A DNA stretch of 64,000 nt. It comes from Eledone cirrhosa (taxonomy: Eukaryota). Shown here piece by piece: positions 42,201 through 51,313 of this stretch (position 1 is the first letter of the stretch; every line of letters begins with the position of its first letter). Under the pieces are notes generated by a model. The model saw only the letters and a program-made list of their open reading frames with translations. It was not told where the DNA came from and did no database searches. The stretch is from the NCBI GenBank assembly GCA_964016885.1, contig OZ024745.1, positions 114,700,001-114,764,000 of the forward strand, given 5' to 3'. The translations under genes were made by a program, and so were the position numbers.

Positions 42201-45200
42201 TGATTACAGAAGCCAACCGTGCATGGTGATTACAGAAGCCATATGTGCATGGTGATTACAGAAGCCAACCATGCATGGTGATTACAGAAGCCAACCGTGC
42301 ATGGTGATTACAGAAGCCATATGTGCATGGTGATTACAGAAGCCAACCATGCATGGTGATTACAGAAGCCAACCGTGCATGGTGATTACAGAAGCCATAT
42401 GTGCATGGTGATTACAGAAGCCAACCGTGCATGGTGATTACAGAAGCCATATGTGCATGGTGATTACAGGAGCCAACCGTGCATGGTGATTACAGAAGCC
42501 AACCGTGCATGGTGATTACAGAAGCTGGCCATGAATGGTAATTACAGGAGCTCAGCATGCATGGTGATTACAGAAGCCAACCATGCAGGGTGATTACAGA
42601 AGCTGGCCATGCATGGTAATTACAGGAGCTCAGCATGCATGGTGATTACAGAAGCCAACCGTGCATGGTGATTACAGAAGCTGGCCATGAATGGTAATTA
42701 CAGGAGCTCAGCATGCATGGTGATTACAGAAGCCAACCGTGCAGAGTGATTACAGAAGCTGGCCATGCATGGTAATTACAGGAGCTGGCCATGCATGGTA
42801 ATTACAGAAGCCAACCGTGCATGGTGATTACAGAAGCCAACCGTGCAGAGTGATTACAGAAGCTGGCCATGCATGGTAATTACAGGAGCTGGCCATGCAT
42901 GGTAATTACAGAAGCCAACCATGCAGGGTGATTACAGAAGCTGGCCATGCATGGTAATTACAGGAGCTCACCATGCATGGTGATTACAGAAGCCAACAGT
43001 GCAGAGTGATTACAGAAGCTGGCCATGCATGGTAATTACAGGAGCTGGCCATGCATGGTAATTACAGAAGCCAACCGTGCATGGTGATTACAGAAGCCAA
43101 CCATGCATGGTGATTACAGCTCACCATGCATGGTGATTACAGCTCACCATGCATGGTGATTACAGACATTACAGAAGTTGTCAGCCAATCATGATTTCAA
43201 TAGCCAACACCATATATATTAGGACCAAATATTAATTAAAGTTCTGATTTGACCATACTAATCCACATTTTCAACTGTTCACTTTATCATTTACACCATC
43301 CTAAAAGAGCCACTATTGTGACTAATCCACATTAGTTCAAATCAATGGAGGCGCCTTTTAAGTAGGAGTCTGGTAACAATGATGAATTTTGGAGTTTGGT
43401 ACAAAATTCAATGCATGAAAATGGAGGATTCGATGAAAGCAAAAGTAGTCAAATACTTGTGGATTGTATAAGTCAGTCATTCTTTCTGATCCTGAATCAC
43501 AGCCATACAGAAGGACAGTAGATGGATTGATCTAGATGAAACCTAGATTGAAAGAATGCAATGTGTGTCTGTGGCAATGAAGGTCATGCCAATATACTTA
43601 GATTGATCAACATCTAAAATCTTGCCATTGAGTTTAAGATCACAGCTAAGACCATCTTTATGTTGACTGCATTGAACAACTGAATGGGTATACATGTAGT
43701 TATTGTTAAAAGTTGCAAGCTCTTCAGCATAATCAAGGACAATATCAATGAAATCACACAGCAATAACTGGTAATTCCTTTGGAGCATACTTTGAGATCT
43801 AGTTGATAGCATAGTTGAAGAGAATTGGAGATATAACACAACTCTACTTGATACATGGTCACCTGAGTGAATTTCAAGAGTCAGATTCTTTGCTGTAACA
43901 AGAAACCTTTACTTGTGTAAAGCTGTAATATACTCTAATTTGATTCAGCAGCTTCATACGTAATCCATTTTTGAGATTGATATCCCAATGTGCTGTAATC
44001 AACAGAGTGAAAGTCTGCTGTAAAGTAGACAAAGCAAGTGATGGTTTGCTGTTGGTAGCTCCAGTAATCTTCTAGAACCCTTTACTAGGTGAAAATTTGA
44101 TCAGTTTAGCCTTAACTCTGAGTTCATTGATCATGCTTGTGTTCATATCTAATCATAGAATATTGACCAGCAACAGCACCTATTACCCTTCTTTATGAAA
44201 GGGAGAACTATATCAGTTTACAAGTGATCATATGCCTCAGCCAACGAGTCAAGATGCTAAAAGTTTTTGAATAGATCTATATAAAAATCTCAGTAAATGA
44301 GACACTATTCGGTTGGATAAATTGAAATTATGCCCACTGAAAAAATGCAATCACAATATGTCTATGGCACATAACCACTATGTAGTCAGTAATGTTGGAC
44401 TGATAGGGAAATTTACATCACACTATAAACTAATCACACCTTGTGTAGCCCTTATCCTCATAAAGTTGCTCAATCAGCAAAAGATGCAGGAAATAAATTT
44501 TACAAATAATTTGAAACCAAAGAAACAATTTATGAACCATATTTTTGTAATTTGAAAGTTGTTTAGGACCACAAGCATGTTTAATAAGCAATCATCAAAA
44601 TGCTGCATGGAATGCTTTACAGTATTCATTCTGGCTCTCTGAGTTCAAATCCTGCCAAGATCAACTTTACCTTTCATGCTTTTGAAGTCAATAAAAAAAG
44701 TACCAGTTCAGCACTGGGGTCAATTCTTCCTCTATATTTCTTTCTCACTCCTATGACTCCATCAGGGTTAATACATACTCCATACATACAAAATGTTGTT
44801 GTGTATAACCTTATCTTCCAACTGATTAAATGTAAGAAAGTAATAGAATCATCATCATCATTTTTACATGTTTCCCATGCTTGCATGGGTTGGACGGGTC
44901 TTTTTCAGCATGGCATCTCCCCACTCATCGCGTTTCTTTGTCATCTCCTCTATGAGGCTCAATAATTTGAGGTAGGTCAGTTCTAACAACCTCTTCCCAG
45001 GTCTTTCTTGGTCTAGCTCTACTATGGCTTCCTTCCACTGTCATTTTTTCACCCAGATATCACTACCTCGGATTCCTCTTAAACCCAGCCTCTCCCTCAG
45101 CTTATCAAAGCCCTGCCTTTCTCTCACATATACATTGCATATCCAACGAAGCATGGTTGCTTCACTTCTCTCCAGTCTATGCATGTAGCATTGCACATCG

Positions 45201-46843
45201 AACACAGGTGTCATACAGTCATCCTTTTGTATGTAGAGAGAAACCTCTTGTGGTCAACAGTGGGAGTAGGGCTCTAAACAGTTTCCATCCTATCCTTAAT
45301 CTAGCTATTATACTCTCAGTGTACCCTCTTCTGCTGCTAATTAAGTCACCTAGACAACAGAAATTATCAACCACTTCTATACTATCAACCTCTCCTGTGA
45401 CTGAAAAAGGTTTATATCACTGACGGGCTTCCTCTCGATTACCCCTGTGCAAAGTCTTCTACAAAGTCTTCCCTTCTCATTAGTCTACCCGTTATCCCAC
45501 TACATCTCGTGTACCCAAGATTTACATTATGTACATTATATGGAGTTTATGCCTACATCTTTTCTACATATTGAACCATTTCCCTGAAGGAATCAGGGTC
45601 CTATCATCATTCTTACTCACTAGCACTTTAGTTTTGGCTAAATTTCCATTTCTATAGTCAAAACTTATTTTCTAGTTCTTTTATGGTTTCAGCTATAAGG
45701 ACCAAATCATCTGCATAGAACGGTACCCATGGACAGCCTGTTTTAAAGTCCTCTGTTATGACCTGGAGAACTATGATAAACAGCAGTTGACTAAGAACCG
45801 AACCTTGATGAACTACCTGTACCTTGAATTCCTCACTAAACTCTCACTTTACTTACAATATTTCTGTACATAGCTCGCATTGTTCTCACAAGCCATTCTT
45901 CTACACTTAATTTCATTAAGGACTACCAGATAATCAATCAAGATACTCTGATAAAAGCCTTTTCTAAATCAACAAAAGCTAAATAGCGGCTTATTTTTGA
46001 AGGGGAACTGCTATTGTAGTTGCCTTATTAGGAAGAGGGCATCTGTAGTACTTTTCCCAGACATGAAACCAAACTGCATCTCATCTATTTTGACTCTTTC
46101 CCTAATCAGCTGCACTATAACTCTTTCCGTCACTTTCATAACTTGGTCCGTTAGTTTTATTCTTCTATAGTTGCTCATTTCTAGAGCATCACCTTTGTAG
46201 CAATATATGATTGTACTGCTGTACCAGTAATTGGGTATGACTCCATTTTGTATCATCATCACCATTTTTATGTTCACTTCCTATGCTGACATTGATTGGT
46301 TGTTACAGCTTGAATTAGTTCTTATTTGGAGTTGCTGCTCTTTTAAATATGCTAGAGGAATATGTTTTCTGTATACTTTGTTTTTAGCATATGAATTTTA
46401 TGGCTGAATGCCCTTACTAACACCAACCTTATTAGGGAATGTACAAGATACATTTTATAATGCGACCAGTTCTATAAAGCTTGTCATATTCTCAACAAGA
46501 TTAAAGAGTCCTCCCTATCCTATGTTGTCTCCATGCAATGGCCAGCCACTTAATGAAGTATACAGGGTACATTTTATTCTGCCACCAACAGAGAGTAAAG
46601 AGTCCTCTCTACTCTCCTTAATCTCTCTTTGATTGTCAACGACTTTACTGAGTGTACTAGGTATATTTTATTGTGGAATCAACACCAGAGAAGTTGTCCT
46701 CAACAAGACTAAAGAGTCCTCTGTGCAATTGGCAGCCACTTTATACATTGTACTCCAAGTGGTTTAACTGCATGTCAACACAAACGTGAGCATTGCTATA
46801 TATCTGCTCAAATGTTTATGTGCATTTACATACACATATAAAT

Positions 46844-46892
<49 letters not shown>

Positions 46893-49800
46893 AAGACCAC
46901 TGAATTTATATATATATATGCATAAATATATAAGCTGTGGGTATCCAATGTTTTTAGAATAGGTACAGGGGTCATAAAAAGCACCTGGTTGTAAAACAGT
47001 CTCAAAATCTCCTGCCCAACCCATGCCAACAGAGAAAATGGATTTAAAAACGATGATGATGAAGTCAGACAAAAGAGTGGGGAGCTAGGAGGGCCAGTTG
47101 GCGTGTGACTACGATTTCACTTCAAGATGCATACATAAATCAAACGGATTTAGCATTGGTTATTAAATTACTCAATAAACAGTTTGAAATGAGGCCTACA
47201 TTTCACATCTGGCTTAGGCTTGTAACTAGCTTTTTGTAGGCGAGTAAATATATTTACATATAATAGACTAGTCCTTAATAAAACAATTACCACAATAATA
47301 TCAGCTTACGCACCCCAATCGGGGTTGCCAGACAAACTTAAGGCTAGATTTTACGAGTCCCTAATGCACACTACTGCTCTAACAAACGACAATGACTTCC
47401 TAATCATCGCAGGAGATTTTAACGGACACGTAGGTAAACACTGTGACGGCTTCAATAGAGTCCATGGAGGCCACGGGGTTGGCACAAGAAATGAAGAAGG
47501 ATTCAGACTTCTAGAATTCTGCGACGCCAATGACATGTCGATATGTAACACAAACTTCAAAAAACCCGACAACCACCTGATCACCTATAGATTTTATCCT
47601 CATCAGAGGACATGACAGATGGACGGTCGTAAATACAAAAGCCTACCCTAGTGAGGAATGTACCTCCCAACATAGCTTAGTTGTCAGCGACCTCACGGTC
47701 AGAACTAGACGAACCTGGAAACAGAGGCCAACCTGGAGAAGAAAGATCTGGAAACTGAAAGACCCCTCAGCCAGTAACAGATTTAAAGATATTTTACTCA
47801 ACGCCTACGACAGTAAAGAAGAACAGATAGAGACATTCAATGTAGAAGAGCACTGGGAGTTCCTAAAAAATAACTTACTAGAGGCGACGGATGAGGTCTG
47901 TGGCTGGAGTAAGACTACAAGCAGGAGGAGAGTGACTTGGTGGTGGAACAATAAGGTAGATGAGGCAGTTAAGGCCAAGAGACAGGCATGGAAAGAATGG
48001 AAGAACGGGGGGAGCAGGGTACATTACATAGAGACCAAGAGGGAAGCTAGGCGACAAGTATACTTAGCTAGGAGGGAAGCAGAGGATAGAAAATTCAAGC
48101 ATGTTTTGCAACGTGAGGACCAGAAACAGGAGGTGTTCAAGATTGCGAGGCAGTGTGTCAGAGAGGATTGTGATGTCATTGGAGAGAAGTGTATCCGGAA
48201 TGATAAAGGTGAGCTTGCCCTCACAAGTGCTGAGAAGAAAGATGCATGGAAGAGCCATTATGATAGATTACTAAATGAGGAGAATGCATGGGAAGAAGAG
48301 ACCCTACCCCAAGTAGACCCTATAGAGGGGCCAGCAGTACAAGTCAGCAGCAGCGTAGTAAGTAAGGCAATCAAAGATATGAAGATGGGGAAGGCAAGTG
48401 GTTCATCGGGTATAACTGCCGAGATGCTGAAGGCATCTGGGTCTGTAGGTCACACTATAACCACACGTATTGTTAACCAGGTAATACTAGAAGGTGTCAT
48501 ACCAAAAGATTGGTGCAGTAGCATCATTGTCAACTGCTACAAAGGTAAAGGTGATGCACTAGATAGAGGAAACTATAGAGGTATAAAGCTGATGGACCAG
48601 GTCATGAAAGTAACAGAAAGAGTTATAGCACAGTTGATTAGGGACCGGGTGAAACTAGATGAGATGCAATTTGGGTTTGTACCAGGAAGAGGCACCACTG
48701 ATGCCCTCTTCCTTGTGAGGCAGTTACAGGAAAAGTACCTAGCTAAAAGTAAGCCACTCTACCTGGCATTCGTCGATCTCGAAAAAGCCTTATGAAAAAG
48801 CCTGTATGATGCGTGTATCCGAACAGCAATGTTACATGGTAGTGAGACCTGGGCGCTGAAGGTGGAAGACTTACGTAGATTAGAAAGAAACGAAGCCTGC
48901 ATGCTCCGATGGATGTGTAATAGTAATATACGCGAACGACAAAGCATAAATGAATTGAGAGAGCGACTGAGCATAAGAGGAATCAAATGTTGTGTGCAGG
49001 AGAGGCGGCTGCGTTGGTATGGACATGTGATGCGTATGAAGGATGACAGCTGCATAAAAAGGTGCAGAGCACTAGAAGTCAATGGAAACCGCGGAGTGGG
49101 GAGACCCAAGAAGACCTGGGATGAGGTGATAAAAGCCGACCTTACCCAATTACACCTCTCAAAGGCGATGACACACGACCGTGACCTCTGGAGTCACACA
49201 GTAATACAGAGTACCCGACCTCCCATGGGTACAAGCTGAAGCATATAGACAATATGCTCCCACACCCTCCCACTGCAAGGTGGTCGTGGAGGTGCCACGG
49301 CAAAAAAGCACCCAGCCCACACTGTATAGTGGACGTGTAGGCGCCACGGAAAAAGCACCCAGCACTCACTGTAAATGAGGTAGGTGTTAGGAAGAGCATC
49401 CAGCTGTAGAAATCAAGCCAAAATCAGTTCCCGTATGAGCAAGGCATGGTCAGCCGACCAGACACTGCCCACAACAGGACAACCCGTCTAACCCATGCTT
49501 GCGTGGAAGAACGGACATAAAAGGGTGATGATGATGATGATGATGAATATATTTACACATGCGTGTATATGTGCATGCATAAATACATATATAACTGAAC
49601 TGAGAGAGAAACTGGGCATAAGAAGGTTCAGATACAGTGTGCAGGTGGAGATTGCAATGGTATTGACATGTAATGCATATGGAAGATGACAGCTATAGAA
49701 AAAGGTGCAGGGTGCTCGAAGTTTAAGAAAACTATGGAAGCGGAAGACCTAGGAAAGCTTGGGATGAAGTGATAAAAGCTGACCATGTGCAATTAAACCT

Positions 49801-50936
49801 CTCAAAAGTGATGATACAGAAACAAGATCTTTTGCAATATGCAGTACTGCAGAAGACCCACCTTCCCATGTGAACAGGATGAAGCAAACATCTAGAAACT
49901 ACTCTGCATCAAATCTTCTCTCTCCCATCCATACACCCCTTCACTAGCTAAGTGTCCTACCTTAGATCTATCACTCCAATCCCATCATTCATACACACAC
50001 CACACTCTCCCTAATCACCCACTGTCCACATCTGTCCAACCTATGCATACAAGCATAGAAAGCTGGACATACTCTCCCACATTGCTGCTGCAATGATAAA
50101 AAAATAGTTCACTCTGTAAAGTGGTTATACTGGTGACAACAAAAGCTTTTAGTCTACCATTGAAAGTGGTCGTGCTGGTGACACGACAAAACAGAACCAA
50201 GTTCACCCTAAAAGGTGGTCGTGTTGGTGACACAAAAAAGCCCCCAGTCCACACTGTAATGTTGTTGGTGTTAGGATCGGTATCCAGTGGTAGAGACCAA
50301 GCTAGAGACTTCTGTATGAGCAAGACACGGTCACCCGATTTTATTTATCTCACAACGAGACGTCTAACCCATGCTACCGTGGAAAATAGACGTTAAACGG
50401 TGATGATGATGATGATGATGATATGTGTGTGTGCGTGTAAATATACATTGATTATGGCTAAGTAGTGAGTCTTGTTATTCTAGAGTTTCACCTACGCACT
50501 CACAGGATCGTCAGGCATGTACACACACACATATATATATATATATATACACACACACATATATACGCACACACACATACCTATATACATATAATGCGCA
50601 TGCATACATATATGCATACACACACAAACATACGCTTGTAACCATATATAAATATATATGCATATATATATATATATATATATACATAGATACATATATA
50701 TATAGAGAGAGAGAGATAGATATAGATGCATATATATAGATACATAGATGCATATAAATATAGATAGACGCATATATATAAATAAAGATAGATGCATATA
50801 TATAAATAAAGATAGATGCATATATATAAATATAGATAGATGCATATATATAAATATAGATAGATGCATATATATAAATATAGATAGATGCATATATATA
50901 AATATAGATAGATGCATATATATAAATATAGATAGA

Positions 50937-50991
<55 letters not shown>

Positions 50992-51135
50992 ATAGATGCA
51001 TATATATAAATATAGATAGACGCATATATATATATATATAAATAGATGCATATATATTTTTTTAGTAGATAGATAGATGCAAATACATATATATATATAT
51101 ATATATATAAACACACAGATGCATAGATGTTTGTG

Positions 51136-51169
<34 letters not shown>

Positions 51170-51192
51170 TACGTACAAAAACACCCAAATAC

Positions 51193-51253
<61 letters not shown>

Positions 51254-51313
51254 AATGCATGAATGTTAATAAACGTTGCAGTAAAAAAAAGAAACCTACC
51301 GTCCAGTAGCCAT
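7421..51313 (-). CDS. MAP3K4: MAP kinase kinase kinase 4 (MEKK4/MTK1), full spliced CDS: 23 coding exons, 4479 nt, 1492 aa
   Basis: Exons join in phase with GT-AG sites (one GC-AG). Kinase motifs [50 protein letters not shown]3K4-specific N-terminal blocks [65 protein letters not shown]. Confidence 0.96.
8788..8964 (-). CDS. MAP3K4: MAP3K4 exon 22 (ends at a GC donor)
   Basis: QPWY...[26 protein letters not shown]...LLNHRFSK|gcaagt. Confidence 0.93.
9208..10908 (-). mobile_element. 5'-truncated RTE-clade LINE (RT with YADD, PHD-like insert, 3'UTR, (ATG)n tail), frameshifted
   Basis: [44 protein letters not shown]; (CAT)n at 9208-9232. Confidence 0.95.
10935..11158. repeat. Long inverted repeat / foldback (two 111-bp arms, 2-nt spacer)
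   Basis: 10935-11045 is the reverse complement of 11048-11158 with about 16 mismatches and no indels. Confidence 0.93.
11275..11381 (-). CDS. MAP3K4: MAP3K4 exon 21 (APE)
   Basis: [36 protein letters not shown]. Confidence 0.96.
11606..11790 (-). mobile_element. tRNA-derived SINE (Meta-like)
   Basis: Close reverse complement of 33626-33808. Confidence 0.85.
12078..12302. mobile_element. piggyBac-type MITE family A; other copies at 26720-26932 and 58656-59046
   Basis: TTAA-CCCTTTAGCATTTA termini and shared ~200-bp body. Confidence 0.85.
13400..13519 (-). CDS. MAP3K4: MAP3K4 exon 20 (DFG, activation loop)
   Basis: GANVFL...[20 protein letters not shown]...VGTT. Confidence 0.96.
14160..14319 (-). 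CDS. MAP3K4: MAP3K4 exon 19 (catalytic loop)
   Basis: [14 protein letters not shown]...GIIHRDLK. Confidence 0.96.
16174..16296 (-). CDS. MAP3K4: MAP3K4 exon 18
   Basis: MKIKP...[24 protein letters not shown]. Confidence 0.95.
16895..17029. repeat. Purine-rich (GAG)n-derived tract with ~4 copies of a 27-bp unit
   Basis: GAGGAGGGGGAAGAGGCAGATGAGGAG repeats. Confidence 0.9.
17098..17168 (-). CDS. MAP3K4: MAP3K4 exon 17 (G-loop, catalytic Lys)
   Basis: [24 protein letters not shown]. Confidence 0.96.
18570..18773 (-). CDS. MAP3K4: MAP3K4 exon 16 (entry into kinase domain)
   Basis: ...[14 protein letters not shown]; tctttag / gtaagt. Confidence 0.93.
19087..19152 (-). CDS. MAP3K4: MAP3K4 exon 15 (66 nt, symmetric phase 1)
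   Basis: [21 protein letters not shown]; strong acceptor ttttcttccctag, donor gtttgt; poorly conserved linker. Confidence 0.72.
20677..20752 (-). CDS. MAP3K4: MAP3K4 exon 14
   Basis: [25 protein letters not shown]; ttcgaag / gtaagt. Confidence 0.88.
21186..21267 (-). CDS. MAP3K4: MAP3K4 exon 13
   Basis: [15 protein letters not shown]...ESEFS; ttttgaag / gtaagt. Confidence 0.92.
21663..22168. mobile_element. piggyBac-type MITE (family A) containing a nested SINE
   Basis: TTAA|CCCTTTAGCA...TGCTAAAGGG|TTAA. Confidence 0.9.
23406..23539 (-). CDS. MAP3K4: MAP3K4 exon 12
   Basis: [10 protein letters not shown]...FAREWMNFI...GRGRRP; ttgtag / gtaagt. Confidence 0.93.
24060..24822 (+). mobile_element. 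Decayed RTE 3' end with 3'UTR and (GAT)n tail
   Basis: Similarity to the 3' end of the 47265-49545 copy. Confidence 0.8.
24887..25048 (-). CDS. MAP3K4: MAP3K4 exon 11
   Basis: TTAMHLRK...GYNFGFE; ttttcag / gtaaaa. Confidence 0.92.
25625..25774 (-). CDS. MAP3K4: MAP3K4 exon 10
   Basis: VDNLMLVV...[17 protein letters not shown]; tattag / gtaaga. Confidence 0.93.
26978..27247 (-). CDS. MAP3K4: MAP3K4 exon 9
   Basis: VSVPLN...[13 protein letters not shown]...ALSHIA; cttccag / gtaagt. Confidence 0.92.
27501..27762. mobile_element. Probable solo LTR (262 bp)
   Basis: Inverted termini TTTAGTGA (one change from TGTAGTGA) and TCACTACA; 4-bp TSD AATT; TATAAA on the minus strand; CpG-retaining. Confidence 0.6.
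28056..28285. repeat. (GGT)n/(GTT)n/(GCT)n trinucleotide tract
   Basis: Read directly. Confidence 0.9.
28337..29637 (-). mobile_element. 5'-truncated RTE LINE of the same subfamily, with TSD ACACATACAT
   Basis: Highly similar to 9230-10370; TSD at 28330-28339 and 29638-29647; duplicated 3'UTR module. Confidence 0.95.
29854..29937 (-). CDS. MAP3K4: MAP3K4 exon 8
   Basis: DLELAASY...TKHVL; cttatag / gtaagt. Confidence 0.93.
31274..31373 (-). CDS. MAP3K4: MAP3K4 exon 7
   Basis: [24 protein letters not shown]; ctttag / gtaagt. Confidence 0.94.
31833..31923. repeat. Short tandem array of TGAACTGAGCA(TAGAT...) units
   Basis: Read directly. Confidence 0.75.
32572..32760. repeat. Degenerate TCATTA / AGTCATT tandem tract
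   Basis: Read directly; just downstream of the exon 6 donor. Confidence 0.8.
32810..33058 (-). CDS. MAP3K4: MAP3K4 exon 6
   Basis: [17 protein letters not shown] then an acidic stretch; ttacag / gtcagt; phase 2-2. Confidence 0.88.
33626..33808 (+). mobile_element. tRNA-derived SINE with Meta-like central domain (best copy); relatives at ~1755, 6745, 11606, 11860, 12905, 13895, 17255, 21926, 44600, 58360, 59730, 60360, 61335
   Basis: A box TGGCAGTATCGG, B box GAGTTCAAATCCC, body GCCTTTCATCCTTACGAGGTCAATAAAATAAAGTACCAG; superfamily label from recalled consensus. Confidence 0.85.
33925..34082 (-). CDS. MAP3K4: MAP3K4 exon 5
   Basis: VYFNYLQNW...[13 protein letters not shown]...[10 protein letters not shown]; gttgtag / gtaaat. 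Confidence 0.93.
34190..34387 (-). mobile_element. Short RTE 3' fragment
   Basis: [17 protein letters not shown]. Confidence 0.75.
35064..35222 (-). CDS. MAP3K4: MAP3K4 exon 4
   Basis: [19 protein letters not shown]...MVLE; tcatag / gtgagt. Confidence 0.93.
35790..36830 (+). mobile_element. Decayed RTE LINE fragment interrupted by a microsatellite
   Basis: [11 protein letters not shown]; [16 protein letters not shown]; DLEKAF. Confidence 0.85.
37693..37980 (-). CDS. MAP3K4: MAP3K4 exon 3
   Basis: KSSKDV...[16 protein letters not shown]...ALSVRQ; ttttcag / gtaaaa. Confidence 0.92.
39998..41495 (-). CDS. MAP3K4: MAP3K4 exon 2 (1498 nt, N-terminal regulatory region)
   Basis: ttgttaacag|G TAT TCT GAA ... 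TCA TCT|gtaagt; long open frame with MAP3K4 motifs. Confidence 0.93.
42080..43170. repeat. 26-bp minisatellite, ~42 units (consensus GAAGCCAACCRTGCATGGTGATTACA), with 3-unit higher-order structure
   Basis: Read directly; degenerate units at the left edge, 23-bp units at the right edge. Confidence 0.97.
43250..44100 (-). mobile_element. Highly decayed non-LTR RT remnant
   Basis: [17 protein letters not shown] resembles the RT C-terminal motif. Confidence 0.45.
44850..46255 (-). mobile_element. Decayed RTE LINE (RT to 3' end)
   Basis: [34 protein letters not shown]; many stops and frameshifts. Confidence 0.9.
47265..49545 (+). mobile_element. RTE LINE: APE C-terminus to start of RT, internal RT deletion, 3' end and (GAT)n tail; TSD AATATATTTACA
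   Basis: [53 protein letters not shown] fused to LYDAC; TSD at 47247-47258 and 49546-49557. Confidence 0.95.
49595..50421 (+). mobile_element. Degenerate RTE 3' fragment with 3'UTR and (GAT)n tail
   Basis: [10 protein letters not shown]...[10 protein letters not shown] remnants. Confidence 0.85.
50520..51250. repeat. Compound (TA)/(CA) microsatellite with 24-bp ATAGATGCATATATATAAATATAG units
   Basis: Read directly. Confidence 0.95.
51300..51313 (-). CDS. MAP3K4: MAP3K4 coding exon 1 (ATG GCT ACT GGA CG; MATGR)
   Basis: ATG in strong context (AGTATGG), donor GTAGGT, phase 2 matches exon 2, lies at the edge of a CpG-retaining region. Too short to confirm by homology. Confidence 0.65.

Noticed and set aside
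42080-43170. CRISPR-like array or coding repeat
   Set aside because: No unique spacers (variable parts recur), the 26-bp unit is stop-rich and not a multiple of 3, there are no cas genes, and the context is a eukaryotic intron.
47100-47245. Possible NUMT or ncRNA 5' of the RTE copy
   Set aside because: Only a short hairpin; no recognisable mitochondrial or RNA-family motif, and it lies outside the TSD.
50492-51299. 177-271 aa IY-rich ORFs
   Set aside because: (TA)n/(CA)n artefacts; only the first codons of the ORF starting at 51326 are relevant, as the uORF.
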